Positions 16,433-24,531 of a stretch of 64,000 nt of DNA are shown in pieces. The notes beneath the pieces are model-generated. The model ran no database searches. It was not told the DNA's origin and was given only the letters and a program-made list of their open reading frames with translations. The first letter of the stretch is position 1. Every line of letters begins with the position of its first letter. Origin of the DNA: a virus; the IMG/VR virus record IMGVR_UViG_3300045988_165550, positions 1 through 64,000 of that record; one strand, given 5' to 3'. The translations under genes were made by a program, and so were the position numbers.

Positions 16433-17326
16433 ATGGCAGAAAATAGATTGAAAGAAGTTCTTGCCTTTGTGAACCACAAGGGCGGTGTTGGTAAGACTAC
16501 AACCGTGCAGAATTTGGCTGTAGGTTTGCGCAGATTCGGCAAAGGTAAGTTTGGGCTGAATGCGGCTGGCAAGCAGCGCAAGCCACGCATCCTGCTCATC
16601 GACCTCGATCCGCAGGGTTCACTCTCCTTCCTCTTTGACCGTAGCGCGACCAAGCACCCCGAGCAGCTCACTATCTACGATTCGCTGGTAGAGCAGAAGC
16701 CTATCCCTATCTATCAGGTAAGAGAGGGCATCTATCTGACTCCTGCATCCAAGAAATTGATTACCATTGAGCCTTTTTTGAATCAGCGTGCAGTGCCGAG
16801 AAAGGCACTCTTCAAGCTGATGGCGAAGCCGCTCGCCCTGATGAGCGAGGAGGATGGCGACCTGGCGAGTGATGGCATTGATTACAAGGATGGCGTAAAC
16901 GTGATGGAGGCGTTCGATTTCGTGTTGCTCGATTGCCCACCTGCGCTGTCCCTGCTTACCTATAATGCGCTGACGGCTGCATCGGGTGCCGTGCTTCCGG
17001 TGCAACTGGAAGCCTTGGCAACGAAGGGTATTTCTGAAATCATCAATGCCATTAAGGAGACTAGAGAGGATTTGAACGAAGGTTTGAATATCCGTGGAAT
17101 CCTGATGGTGATGAGTAATGATCAGACGAGAGCCACTAAGGAATATAAAGAATATCTGGGCACGACGTTCGCAAAGTATCTTTTTGATTCCTACACCCGT
17201 CGTGATACCAAGATGGTGGAGGCGCAGTCAATGAAGTTATCCATCTTTGAGCGCACGCCTTACTGCAGAGTAGGTTTAGACTACGAGCAATTTACCAAGG
17301 AAGTGATGGACACCATGCCCGATTAA
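16433..17326 (+). CDS. parA: ParA/Soj-family partition ATPase
   Basis: Deviant Walker A NHKGGVGKTT, LLIDLDPQGS, and Walker B FVLLDCPPAL. Confidence 0.9.
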   Translation: MAENRLKEVLAFVNHKGGVGKTTTVQNLAVGLRRFGKGKFGLNAAGKQRKPRILLIDLDPQGSLSFLFDRSATKHPEQLTIYDSLVEQKPIPIYQVREGIYLTPASKKLITIEPFLNQRAVPRKALFKLMAKPLALMSEEDGDLASDGIDYKDGVNVMEAFDFVLLDCPPALSLLTYNALTAASGAVLPVQLEALATKGISEIINAIKETREDLNEGLNIRGILMVMSNDQTRATKEYKEYLGTTFAKYLFDSYTRRDTKMVEAQSMKLSIFERTPYCRVGLDYEQFTKEVMDTMPD

Positions 17327-17358
17327 TGTTTCATATAATGATTTATAGATTATAGATT

Positions 17359-17739
17359 ATGGTAGAAAAAGTAAAGAAGCCGTATAACGTATTTACGCTT
17401 GAAGGTTCTGACCTCGTAGAGGAGAACGAGAAGGTTTTAAATGAGGATGCAACGCCCGATTCTTCATCATCTGCTGCATCACCCACACCGCAGCCGAAGC
17501 AATCCCCACAGCAGGAGCAATCAGGGCAGCCAGCGCAGCGCATTGCGCCTGTAGTAAACGTGAAGCCTGCGAAGACTACAAAGACCGTGAAATTGATTCT
17601 CCCGATAGAGTATTATTTTTCGTTGTCAAGAATCAAGGAATGCACCAACAAGTCTTTGCAGGACTTGGCAGCTCAGGCCGTGATGGATTTCGTGGATAAT
17701 TTCGGGAAGAAGCAGGTAAACGAAAAGTCAGATATGTAG
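17359..17739 (+). CDS. small partition partner, ParG/RHH-like centromere-binding protein (putative)
   Basis: Sits immediately downstream of parA. Disordered P/Q/S-rich N-terminus. The C-terminal KTVKLILPIEYYFSLSRIKECTNKSLQDLAAQAVMDFV fits a beta-strand/helix/helix (ribbon-helix-helix) pattern. Confidence 0.5.
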   Translation: MVEKVKKPYNVFTLEGSDLVEENEKVLNEDATPDSSSSAASPTPQPKQSPQQEQSGQPAQRIAPVVNVKPAKTTKTVKLILPIEYYFSLSRIKECTNKSLQDLAAQAVMDFVDNFGKKQVNEKSDM

Positions 17740-17781
17740 GTAAACGAAAAGTCAGATTTGCAGGTAAACGAAAAGTCAGAT
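17714..17781 (+). repeat. Three direct repeats of AGGTAAACGAAAAGTCAGAT (24-bp period)
   Basis: Copies at 17714-17733, 17738-17757 and 17762-17781, overlapping the parG-like stop. Related AGGTAAAA..TTTTACCT palindromes at 17785-17812 and 18092-18120. AGGTAAACG also occurs at 16077. Confidence 0.9.
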
Positions 17782-17837
17782 TGAGGTAAAATCTTACTAA
17801 AGTCTTTTACCTGATTTGGTACCAAAATAGTACCGAA

Positions 17838-18286
17838 GGGTATAGTTTTTGGTACCAAATCACTGCATTTATGGCTAAGTTTGAAGCGTAAAGTATTGAA
17901 TTTCAAGCATTTATATACTGCAAAATGTATCATACTAATGTATTTCTCATTATACCAAATGGTTAAATGATTGATTTCCAAATTATTACGATAAAAACTT
18001 AGCCATAAATGTAGCGACTTTCGGACCAAAAGGTACAAAAGGGTTATAGTTCTTGGTACGCAACAAGTCAATACATTTGTGGCTAAGTTTGAGGTAAAAT
18101 CCTACTAAAGTATTTTACCTTCTTACTAAATCTTTTTACCGAGGGTTATAGTTCTTGGTACAAAGGGTTATAGTTCTTGGTACAAATGGTTATAGTTCTT
18201 GGTACGAAAATACCAAATCTGGAGGGTTATAGTTCTTGGTACAAAGGGTTATAGTTCTTGGTACAAAGGGTTATAGTTCTTGGTAC
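17838..18286. repeat. Iteron-type origin: seven 19-nt iterons GGGTTATAGTTCTTGGTAC plus one degenerate copy, around an A+T-rich tract
   Basis: Iterons at 18041, 18143, 18165, 18187, 18224, 18246 and 18268 (22-bp period within the triplets). Degenerate copy at 17838-17855. A+T-rich 17890-17995 is bracketed by inverted CATTTATGGCTAAGTTT (17866-17883 / 17995-18011). Confidence 0.8.
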
Positions 18287-18410
18287 ATTAAAAATCTCGA
18301 AAGTGTAGTGTTTATCGGGGTTTCCGACGATTTCGGGGTCCCTATACTAATACTAATACTATTTATTATATCCGTATATGAAAGAATGAAAATATATATA
18401 GGTAATAGTT

Positions 18411-19700
18411 ATGGCCAAAAAAATAGTTGAAAAAGTATCCGACTCTACTCAGGTATCGTTTAAAGACCTGGAGAGGCAGCCTACCGCCGAAGAGCTTTGC
18501 AGTTTACGGTGGATAAAGACTCCGTGTTCCTATGCTTCGCTAGGCAGCACGTTCACCCTTTTGCAGCAGGACATCATGCTACAAGTGAGTGCAAGACTTC
18601 AACGATACATCAATCAGTATTACGACCAAATGCGATATAAGGAAAAGACTTACCCTAAGTCACCTTTCCTTTCTGAAGAGCAGAAGGACGAGGCATTGCA
18701 TATTCAGCTTGATATGTCTGACCTGGTATCATCACGTTCAAATTATAAGGAAATGTTTCAAGAGTATGCTGATGGCAAGGTTCCCGTAGCCGAGCAGATC
18801 AGCGCCCTGAAGATGTATGTAAGGAAGGATAATGTGGTAGATCTTTATCCGGTGTTTGATAAGATTTCTCTTCCTAAGAAAGTATGGAAGATGCAGGACG
18901 GGACCGAGAAATGGGCTTATTCAGGTATCATAGATTTGCGTATTAATCATTTCATCGCTGACTACGCTTTCGACTTGAGTAAGGGATATATTCCACACAT
19001 GGCTCGTGTAGCAAAGACGAGCAAACGAAGGGTAACACCTAGGGTGTATCTTTGGCTGATGGAGAATAAAGACCGCTCTAAGAAAAGAAAGGGCTTGGAT
19101 GATCCGCTATCGGTTACGCTCGAAGACTTGAAGGATTTTCTGGGTTGCTATGAAATCAATCCAGAAACAAACGAAAAGGTGTATCAATATCCGAGATATT
19201 CCCGATTTAAGAAGGATGTTCTTGATAAGGCGAAGGCTGACCTGATAGAGCAGGCAAAGCGAAATGAGATTGACATTACTTTTGATTACAAAGAGCACTA
19301 CCTGAATGGAGGAAAGCGTGGCAATCCTGATTACATCACCTTTGAGGTGTTCTATACGCCCCTGGGAAGGCTTCACAAGGCTGGAAAGTTTACTGAGGGT
19401 GAATTGTTCGATGCGAAGGCATTCGATGTAGCGAAGAACGTGCAGCCTGCTTCTTCTAAGATAGAAACGAAAGTAGGCGAGGGTGGCGACAAGTGGAAAG
19501 CGTTCTGCAACCTCATTATAGGCGACGCTGAGAAATCACTGATTTCACGCCTTTCCTTCGTCGGCATGAAGAACGACCGCTTTTGCGTGGAGTGCAGCGA
19601 TGAGGATTTTGAGATGATCCGAAAATTAGGTATCGAGGATAAAGCAAAAGAGTTCTTTGGGTGCAAAGGTTCTTTTGCTCCGGTGTTCTACCGAGGATGA
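18411..19700 (+). CDS. plasmid-type replication initiator (Rep), putative
   Basis: 429-aa ORF immediately downstream of the iteron array, next to parA. Assigned mostly from context. Confidence 0.55.
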   Translation: MAKKIVEKVSDSTQVSFKDLERQPTAEELCSLRWIKTPCSYASLGSTFTLLQQDIMLQVSARLQRYINQYYDQMRYKEKTYPKSPFLSEEQKDEALHIQLDMSDLVSSRSNYKEMFQEYADGKVPVAEQISALKMYVRKDNVVDLYPVFDKISLPKKVWKMQDGTEKWAYSGIIDLRINHFIADYAFDLSKGYIPHMARVAKTSKRRVTPRVYLWLMENKDRSKKRKGLDDPLSVTLEDLKDFLGCYEINPETNEKVYQYPRYSRFKKDVLDKAKADLIEQAKRNEIDITFDYKEHYLNGGKRGNPDYITFEVFYTPLGRLHKAGKFTEGELFDAKAFDVAKNVQPASSKIETKVGEGGDKWKAFCNLIIGDAEKSLISRLSFVGMKNDRFCVECSDEDFEMIRKLGIEDKAKEFFGCKGSFAPVFYRG

Positions 19701-19707
19701 TTTTTGC

Positions 19708-19800
19708 AGTTGATAGTTGATAGTTTATAGTTGATAGGGCATTTTTTCTGCTATCAACTATAAACTGTCAACTATTAACTATTAACTATCAACTATTAAC
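19708..19800. repeat. Heptamer arrays forming a long inverted repeat (GTTGATA x4 / CTATNAA x7); probable terminator
   Basis: Left arm 19708-19737, right arm 19751-19800. Confidence 0.8.
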
Positions 19801-19804
19801 TTTT

Positions 19805-19840
19805 TTGTCCCCATCATTTCTGAGAAAATAGCTACCTTTG
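19805..19840 (+). promoter_or_regulatory. Promoter class B (TTGTCCC-N21-TACCTTTG)
   Basis: TTGTCCC at 19805-19811, -7 box at 19833-19840. Confidence 0.6.
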
Positions 19841-19870
19841 CATCAGAAATATTAAAAACAATGAAAACGT

Positions 19871-20500
19871 ATGAAAAGGAAAGAGATTATTCATCTACTC
19901 TTGATAGCAGTAGCGATGATGATGTTTGCGGCATGCGCTTCCTCTCGACGGGTGGTTAGCAACAATCACCAGGAGACGAAGGATAGCGTGAAAACCGAGC
20001 AGCAGGATAGCGTGCATAAGCAGGTGGCAGTGAGCGATAGCGCCGCCATGAAGGTAAATGAGGACAAGCACGTATCTGTCACCTCCTCGGAATCGGGCGA
20101 ATATGAGGAAACTATCCAGGAGAATATCACCGAGTCCACTGATTCTTCCGGCAACAAGCAGAAGACTACCCAGCGCACCACTCACCGCAAAGGCACTCAC
20201 AACAGCCAATCTTCCTACGATGAGCGTTTGCAGCGACAGCAGCAGGAAATCAATCAGATGCAGAAGACCATCGATAGCCTATCCATTCGTACCCGCAGCG
20301 ACGTGGGCACCCATTGGGCAGCCATCGATAGCTTATCGGATATGCAAGAAAAGAATACCGAGGAGACAAGAAAGGCTACCTGGCAGCAGACGGCAAGAAA
20401 GAACGCCTTCGCGTTGTTCCTGATATTAGTAGTAGTGCTGATATTGACAACCTTCAAAAAGCATAACGACTATGGGCAAGGGCAAGAAAAGAAAGAATGA
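19871..20500 (+). CDS. hypothetical lipoprotein with a C-terminal TM anchor
   Basis: Signal/lipobox LLIAVAMMMFAACASS. C-terminal hydrophobic FALFLILVVVLILTTF. Confidence 0.6.
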   Translation: MKRKEIIHLLLIAVAMMMFAACASSRRVVSNNHQETKDSVKTEQQDSVHKQVAVSDSAAMKVNEDKHVSVTSSESGEYEETIQENITESTDSSGNKQKTTQRTTHRKGTHNSQSSYDERLQRQQQEINQMQKTIDSLSIRTRSDVGTHWAAIDSLSDMQEKNTEETRKATWQQTARKNAFALFLILVVVLILTTFKKHNDYGQGQEKKE

Positions 20501-20780
20501 TTACGATCTCGTAGATAATGAGGAACAGGCAGAGGTTACGCTGCAGGATTTCGTCATTCCGGCAAAGATAGAAGCCTTCGGTAAGCAGTTTGAACCGATG
20601 AATCACTGGACGGAAGACTGCGAGGTATTTAATGATGCCCGGCTTCGGGAGTACTTCAAGGCGATAGTCTGTCCGCTGGGCGACCCTTTGAGCCTATACC
20701 TTCAAGAGCTAGGCTATAAAGGCTTCCACATGCAGCATGACGAGAGCGGCGAGCCGGTTATCTATTGCCGTGCTCTATAA
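20472..20780 (+). CDS. hypothetical protein
   Basis: 102-aa ORF overlapping the previous gene by 29 nt. Confidence 0.5.
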   Translation: MGKGKKRKNDYDLVDNEEQAEVTLQDFVIPAKIEAFGKQFEPMNHWTEDCEVFNDARLREYFKAIVCPLGDPLSLYLQELGYKGFHMQHDESGEPVIYCRAL

Positions 20781-20808
20781 ACTATAAATTATAAACTATA
20801 AACTAAAT
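20775..20808 (+). repeat. Heptamer array (CTATAAA ACTATAA ATTATAA ACTATAA ACTAAAT)
   Basis: Read directly. Confidence 0.75.
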
Positions 20809-20818
20809 ATAAGGATTT

Positions 20819-21376
20819 ATGGGTAAAGATAAAAGACCTCACAACTATCTGAAGATAGCAGAGGAGAGTGAGACAGGCAAGAAGCTGAAAGCATTTCTTG
20901 CTGAGTGCAGTGAAGCAAGCGAAAAGGCTCGCATCTGGGTAGAGAAGCAGGGCGGTGATACTTATTATGAGTCGCCAGAAGGCTTTGCCGGGGGCGTGGT
21001 GATGGTGGAGTTCAAGGACACCATTAGCAAGGAAGGTTGGACAAACGTTCAGACTCCTACCAAGGACGGAATGAAGAGCACTTCTCTCTTTATTCCGGAA
21101 GAGAACAGCGAACTGGAAAAGGAGATGATGGCGCTCCCTGTAGTAAACGAAGCGGCTCTTATTGCCATCTTGCAGTTCAAACCTAAGATGGCAAAGGATA
21201 AGGACGGCAAGGAAGTTCCTCTTCCCTTCACCTTTGGTAATACCACGCCTGTGCTCTTCCTGCATCATGGCTTCTTCTACACCGATGTGCCTTACGAGAG
21301 CGCAAGCACCGATTGCCAGGCCATCACGGAGAAGGAGTTCCTTCGCCGCAAGATGGCGGCAGTAAACGAAAGCTAG
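20819..21376 (+). CDS. hypothetical protein
   Basis: 185-aa ORF. No recognisable motif. Confidence 0.6.
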   Translation: MGKDKRPHNYLKIAEESETGKKLKAFLAECSEASEKARIWVEKQGGDTYYESPEGFAGGVVMVEFKDTISKEGWTNVQTPTKDGMKSTSLFIPEENSELEKEMMALPVVNEAALIAILQFKPKMAKDKDGKEVPLPFTFGNTTPVLFLHHGFFYTDVPYESASTDCQAITEKEFLRRKMAAVNES

Positions 21377-21450
21377 ATTACTATTTTTTCGTGTATATAT
21401 ATCATCTATATTTTAGTTTTGGAATTTAAGTTATTAAGGTTAACTTTCTG

Positions 21451-21488
21451 CAGCCAGCCGCCCGTGATGGGTAGCTGGCTGTTTTTTA
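21451..21488. terminator. Bidirectional terminator (CAGCCAGC..GCTGGCTG + TTTTTT)
   Basis: 8-bp stem between convergent genes. Confidence 0.7.
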
Positions 21489-21492
21489 TTAT

Positions 21493-22185
21493 CTAAGGCT
21501 CACGGTGGCGAATATCCTCTGCCACCATTCCGTAGTCCGCTTGCTGGGGACCTATGCGGCGGGTCAGCTCCGTGATGAGCTTCTGCTGGTCGCATATCTG
21601 CTTCTGCTGCTCGGCTATGATGTCGAGCATGCGGTTGAGCGTATCTATGCTGATACCCGATTCTGCCGTCGGCTCAGAAGCAGTCTCTACGATAGGAGCC
21701 GAGGCGGTAGCCGCGCCCTGCTTATTCTTTCCTTCTTCTTCCGTTCCTTCACATCTCGGTTTCTCTTCCCCGTTCCCGGCGATTCTGTTGCCGATCAGTC
21801 CAGGAACCACCGACTTGATTCTATCCACGTCGAGCGGGTCACGCAGGGCACGTGTGCCCATTTGCCGTTTGGCATCATTCCCTAAGTATCCGCCATCCGG
21901 CTCAAACTGGTCGCCTATATCAGGGCGCACGTATTCCACCCCGCAACAATCACCATCTCCCATAGGGTTAGCATCCGCATCTACAATAAATGCCGAAAGC
22001 GGAACATGAAACGCATTGCAGAAACGCAGCAGGGCGATGGTAGGCAGCGGCGACTTCATGCGCACCCAACTATCCAGGCATGTATTACTCGTTGTGCCCA
22101 TTGCTCTCATCACCTGCTTGTTGGTGATGTCCCTGTTAGCTTCCATCCACTTGTTTAGGTAGCTATAATTATAAAAGTACTTCAT
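21493..22185 (-). CDS. XRE/CI-type helix-turn-helix repressor-like protein
   Basis: N-terminal ITNKQVMRAMGTTSNTCLDSWVRMKSPLPTIALLRFCNAFHVPLSAFIV fits an XRE HTH. Divergent from an early-type operon. Confidence 0.6.
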   Translation of the reverse strand: MKYFYNYSYLNKWMEANRDITNKQVMRAMGTTSNTCLDSWVRMKSPLPTIALLRFCNAFHVPLSAFIVDADANPMGDGDCCGVEYVRPDIGDQFEPDGGYLGNDAKRQMGTRALRDPLDVDRIKSVVPGLIGNRIAGNGEEKPRCEGTEEEGKNKQGAATASAPIVETASEPTAESGISIDTLNRMLDIIAEQQKQICDQQKLITELTRRIGPQQADYGMVAEDIRHREP

Positions 22186-22189
22186 ATCT

Positions 22190-22197
22190 CAAATATA
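22190..22197 (-). promoter_or_regulatory. -7 box TATATTTG four nt upstream of the repressor ATG (possible leaderless transcript)
   Basis: The minus strand reads TATATTTGagatATG. No clear -33 element. Confidence 0.3.
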
Positions 22198-22298
22198 TTT
22201 ATAAGGTGAATAACTCTATTCTGTTCATCTGAAAAACCAATTAATATACCTAACCTATGTTAAATTCCCCTAATTTCTGAAAGAAAATATAGGTAACG

Positions 22299-22330
22299 TT
22301 TGGTAGTTTTGATTTTATTCTTTAAATTTG
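22299..22330 (+). promoter_or_regulatory. Promoter class A (TTTGGTAGTTTT ... TAAATTTG)
   Basis: TTTG at 22299-22302, -7 box at 22323-22330. Confidence 0.6.
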
Positions 22331-22356
22331 CACCAAAATTAAGAAATAAAATTGAG

Positions 22357-22851
22357 ATGACAAAGGAAATCTTAGAAAAAATATGTAGAAAAAATACTCC
22401 ATTGGAGGTAAACGATGTTTCAGTGGAGGAAAAGAAGAACTTAGCTGAGTTTTTATCGACTAAGGGATTCACTACTTCTACTTTCTATCTCAGATTTTTC
22501 CAGAAAGGTTTTGATGCCTGGGAGATCCAAGGCGTTAACGACTGCAAAAAACAGTTCTTAGCTATACCCGAAGTAGGTAAGCTATTAGCTGAATACGTAG
22601 AAACCGATGCACTGGGCAACGAGATAGGCAAGAAAGGCTATCTGGCAGAACTTGCCAAGAGCGACGAACCGGGTGTGTTCTATACCTGCTTAAAGAAGGC
22701 GAACAATGGACTCTGCATGAAGTTCTTCGCCTTTATGGAGGAGCGGGGCATGAGCCGCACCACCATCATCAAGCGTTTCACCGCTGATGATTGGAAGCCA
22801 TGGGAGCAGGAAGGCATCAAGGCACTTTTAAGCATTCATAACTACAAATGA
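22357..22851 (+). CDS. hypothetical protein (first gene of the rightward early operon)
   Basis: Start moved to ATG 22357 because the track start at 22300 would include the promoter. Confidence 0.6.
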   Translation: MTKEILEKICRKNTPLEVNDVSVEEKKNLAEFLSTKGFTTSTFYLRFFQKGFDAWEIQGVNDCKKQFLAIPEVGKLLAEYVETDALGNEIGKKGYLAELAKSDEPGVFYTCLKKANNGLCMKFFAFMEERGMSRTTIIKRFTADDWKPWEQEGIKALLSIHNYK

Positions 22852-23537
22852 TAGATGTAACTGTTGATTTAGAAACCTGTTCGCTTTCTCCCACCGCTGC
22901 CGTGATGAGTATCGGCGCGGTGGCGTGGAAGCGCTACGGAAAAGAATCGCCTTTCTTTGATGAAGGCGACGGCGTTTTGAGAAATTCAACTTTCTCTGCA
23001 CATGTGGATTTACGATCCATGTTCCTCAATGGCTTCACCTTCGATCAGAATACGGCAGACTGGTGGGCAAAGCAGAGTGACGAGGCGAAGGCTGCCTTGC
23101 TCGACAACGACAGCGACGAGGAACCTTGCCGGCCGATTGATGTAGTCGTTAACGACCTATTCGGGTGGATAACCTATATCAAGCAGAAACTCGGTGATGA
23201 AGACCTTTGCCTTTGGGCGCAGGGCACCGACTTTGATGTGGCCATCTTGAGATATATCTGCTACAAGCTTGGCATCAAGTTCGAGATAAAGCATACCCAG
23301 TTGAGAGACCATCGCACGTTCTACCTGGAAATGGCAAGAATCTTGTGGGATGCAGCTGGGGTTCATGAGGAACCTTTTACCCTCGACAGGGCTTATGCCT
23401 TGACTACGGACTATAAAGACATCGCCGATGATGAAGGCGCGGCACATGATCCGCTCTTTGATTGCAAGCGCAGTATTTATAGTACTTGGCAGATGATGCA
23501 GAAAATAAGGGAAGCAGCCTATGCCCCGTCTATTTGA
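22848..23537 (+). CDS. DEDDh 3'-5' exonuclease
   Basis: Exo motifs VDLETCS, GTDFDVAIL and AHDPLFDCKRS (H-x4-D). Confidence 0.75.
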   Translation: MIDVTVDLETCSLSPTAAVMSIGAVAWKRYGKESPFFDEGDGVLRNSTFSAHVDLRSMFLNGFTFDQNTADWWAKQSDEAKAALLDNDSDEEPCRPIDVVVNDLFGWITYIKQKLGDEDLCLWAQGTDFDVAILRYICYKLGIKFEIKHTQLRDHRTFYLEMARILWDAAGVHEEPFTLDRAYALTTDYKDIADDEGAAHDPLFDCKRSIYSTWQMMQKIREAAYAPSI

Positions 23538-23937
23538 TTTGCCTTATATCCCTAACCGGAAGGGCATTCAGCAGAAGCACAGAAATCTATCCCGATATAA
23601 GCTGCTGCATCGCTTCGCCTATACCGAGACGATGAGCGGACTGAGGGATGATATTCCGACACTGCTATTCTATGCGCCATTCGCCCTGTTAAAAGATACC
23701 TGCGAGTATCTTTGCAGGATGATGGGGGGCAGCGTGGAAGATATGATCATCACGCCGTCGCATAGTTGCCGCCGAAAGAACGGAAAAATCTATTGGAGGC
23801 AGGAGGTGCAGATTATCGGTCTAGATACCGATTTTCTCACGATGGAAAGTCTATCGCAGATGATAGTACACCGTATGGAAACCATCTGCAACTGCAAAGT
23901 AAGGCGTTATCGCCTGGAAACATTCTTGAATTTATAA
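23521..23937 (+). CDS. hypothetical protein
   Basis: 138-aa ORF, Cys/Arg-rich. Confidence 0.5.
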   Translation: MPRLFDLPYIPNRKGIQQKHRNLSRYKLLHRFAYTETMSGLRDDIPTLLFYAPFALLKDTCEYLCRMMGGSVEDMIITPSHSCRRKNGKIYWRQEVQIIGLDTDFLTMESLSQMIVHRMETICNCKVRRYRLETFLNL

Positions 23938-23964
23938 ACGAAAAGATATGAAGAAATAAAAGAT

Positions 23965-24480
23965 ATTCTGCATGACATCATGCAACTTCGGTACGATATA
24001 CACTTCGTTTCCGATTTTTATTTTGTTAGACAACCGAGCCATCGGTTAAATGGCAGGAAGACCAGACGGGCGATAGGTGGACGCTGAAAAGCTTCACTAA
24101 TAAGTTGATACCCCCCCACCGCAGTCTCGGAACGATAAGTGAAAAGTCTGATTAAAAAGCCTGAGGAATACCTATCGATGCGGTAAGCGGGGCATCCTCG
24201 AAATTTGGCGGTGTCGCCCCGAAGGTCTTCTTTCTTTGACAATATGATATAAAGAGAATAGGGGAGGCAGTCTGGAAACGCTCTTAAGCAGGGGTAGTGG
24301 GAGTCAGTAATGCCCCACGACTATGCTGTACACTGCATCTTTGCAGCGGGCGAGTACCACAGATTTTCAAATGCTCCGACCGCTCGCTCTGGGAAATAAC
24401 CTGGCAAGATGTAAACACTTGAAGTTTGTCCTACCCTCATGCAGCCGTTCCCAGCGATTCCGGCGCTGGCGAGGTCAAGA
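23965..24480 (+). ncRNA. Candidate structured RNA / long structured leader upstream of the primase gene
   Basis: 594-nt gap with no credible ORF. Nested complementary pairs 24057-24063/24224-24230, 24071-24078/24170-24177, 24088-24093/24216-24221, 24118-24122/24180-24184 and 24291-24296/24431-24436. Local hairpins at 23969-23984 and 24333-24346. Ends with CCAGCG hairpin repeat copy 1. Confidence 0.3.
24445..24469 (+). repeat. Hairpin repeat CCGTTCCCAGCGATTCCGGCGCTGG, copy 1
   Basis: Stem CCAGCG/CGCTGG. Family also at 33803, 35499 and 63873. Confidence 0.85.
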
Positions 24481-24531
24481 GTGGTGCCTTCCTTTTCTCT
24501 TTTAACTCTATAATTACTCTTGGTATAAGAT

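Noticed and set aside
15832-19800. Possible CRISPR array among the dense repeats (GTAC units, 24-bp repeats, iterons, heptamers).
   Set aside because: The repeats are contiguous or separated by spacers that are themselves repeated or only 3-5 nt long. There are no unique 25-40-nt spacers and no cas genes. The context is parA/rep.
23938-24531. Group I intron splitting the primase gene.
   Set aside because: The primase frame closes at a TAA 6 nt upstream of ATG 24532. The N-terminus already contains the expected Zn-finger region. The upstream ORF (23521-23937) shows no continuity with it. I could not find convincing P7/R-S core sequences by eye. A covariance-model scan is still worthwhile.
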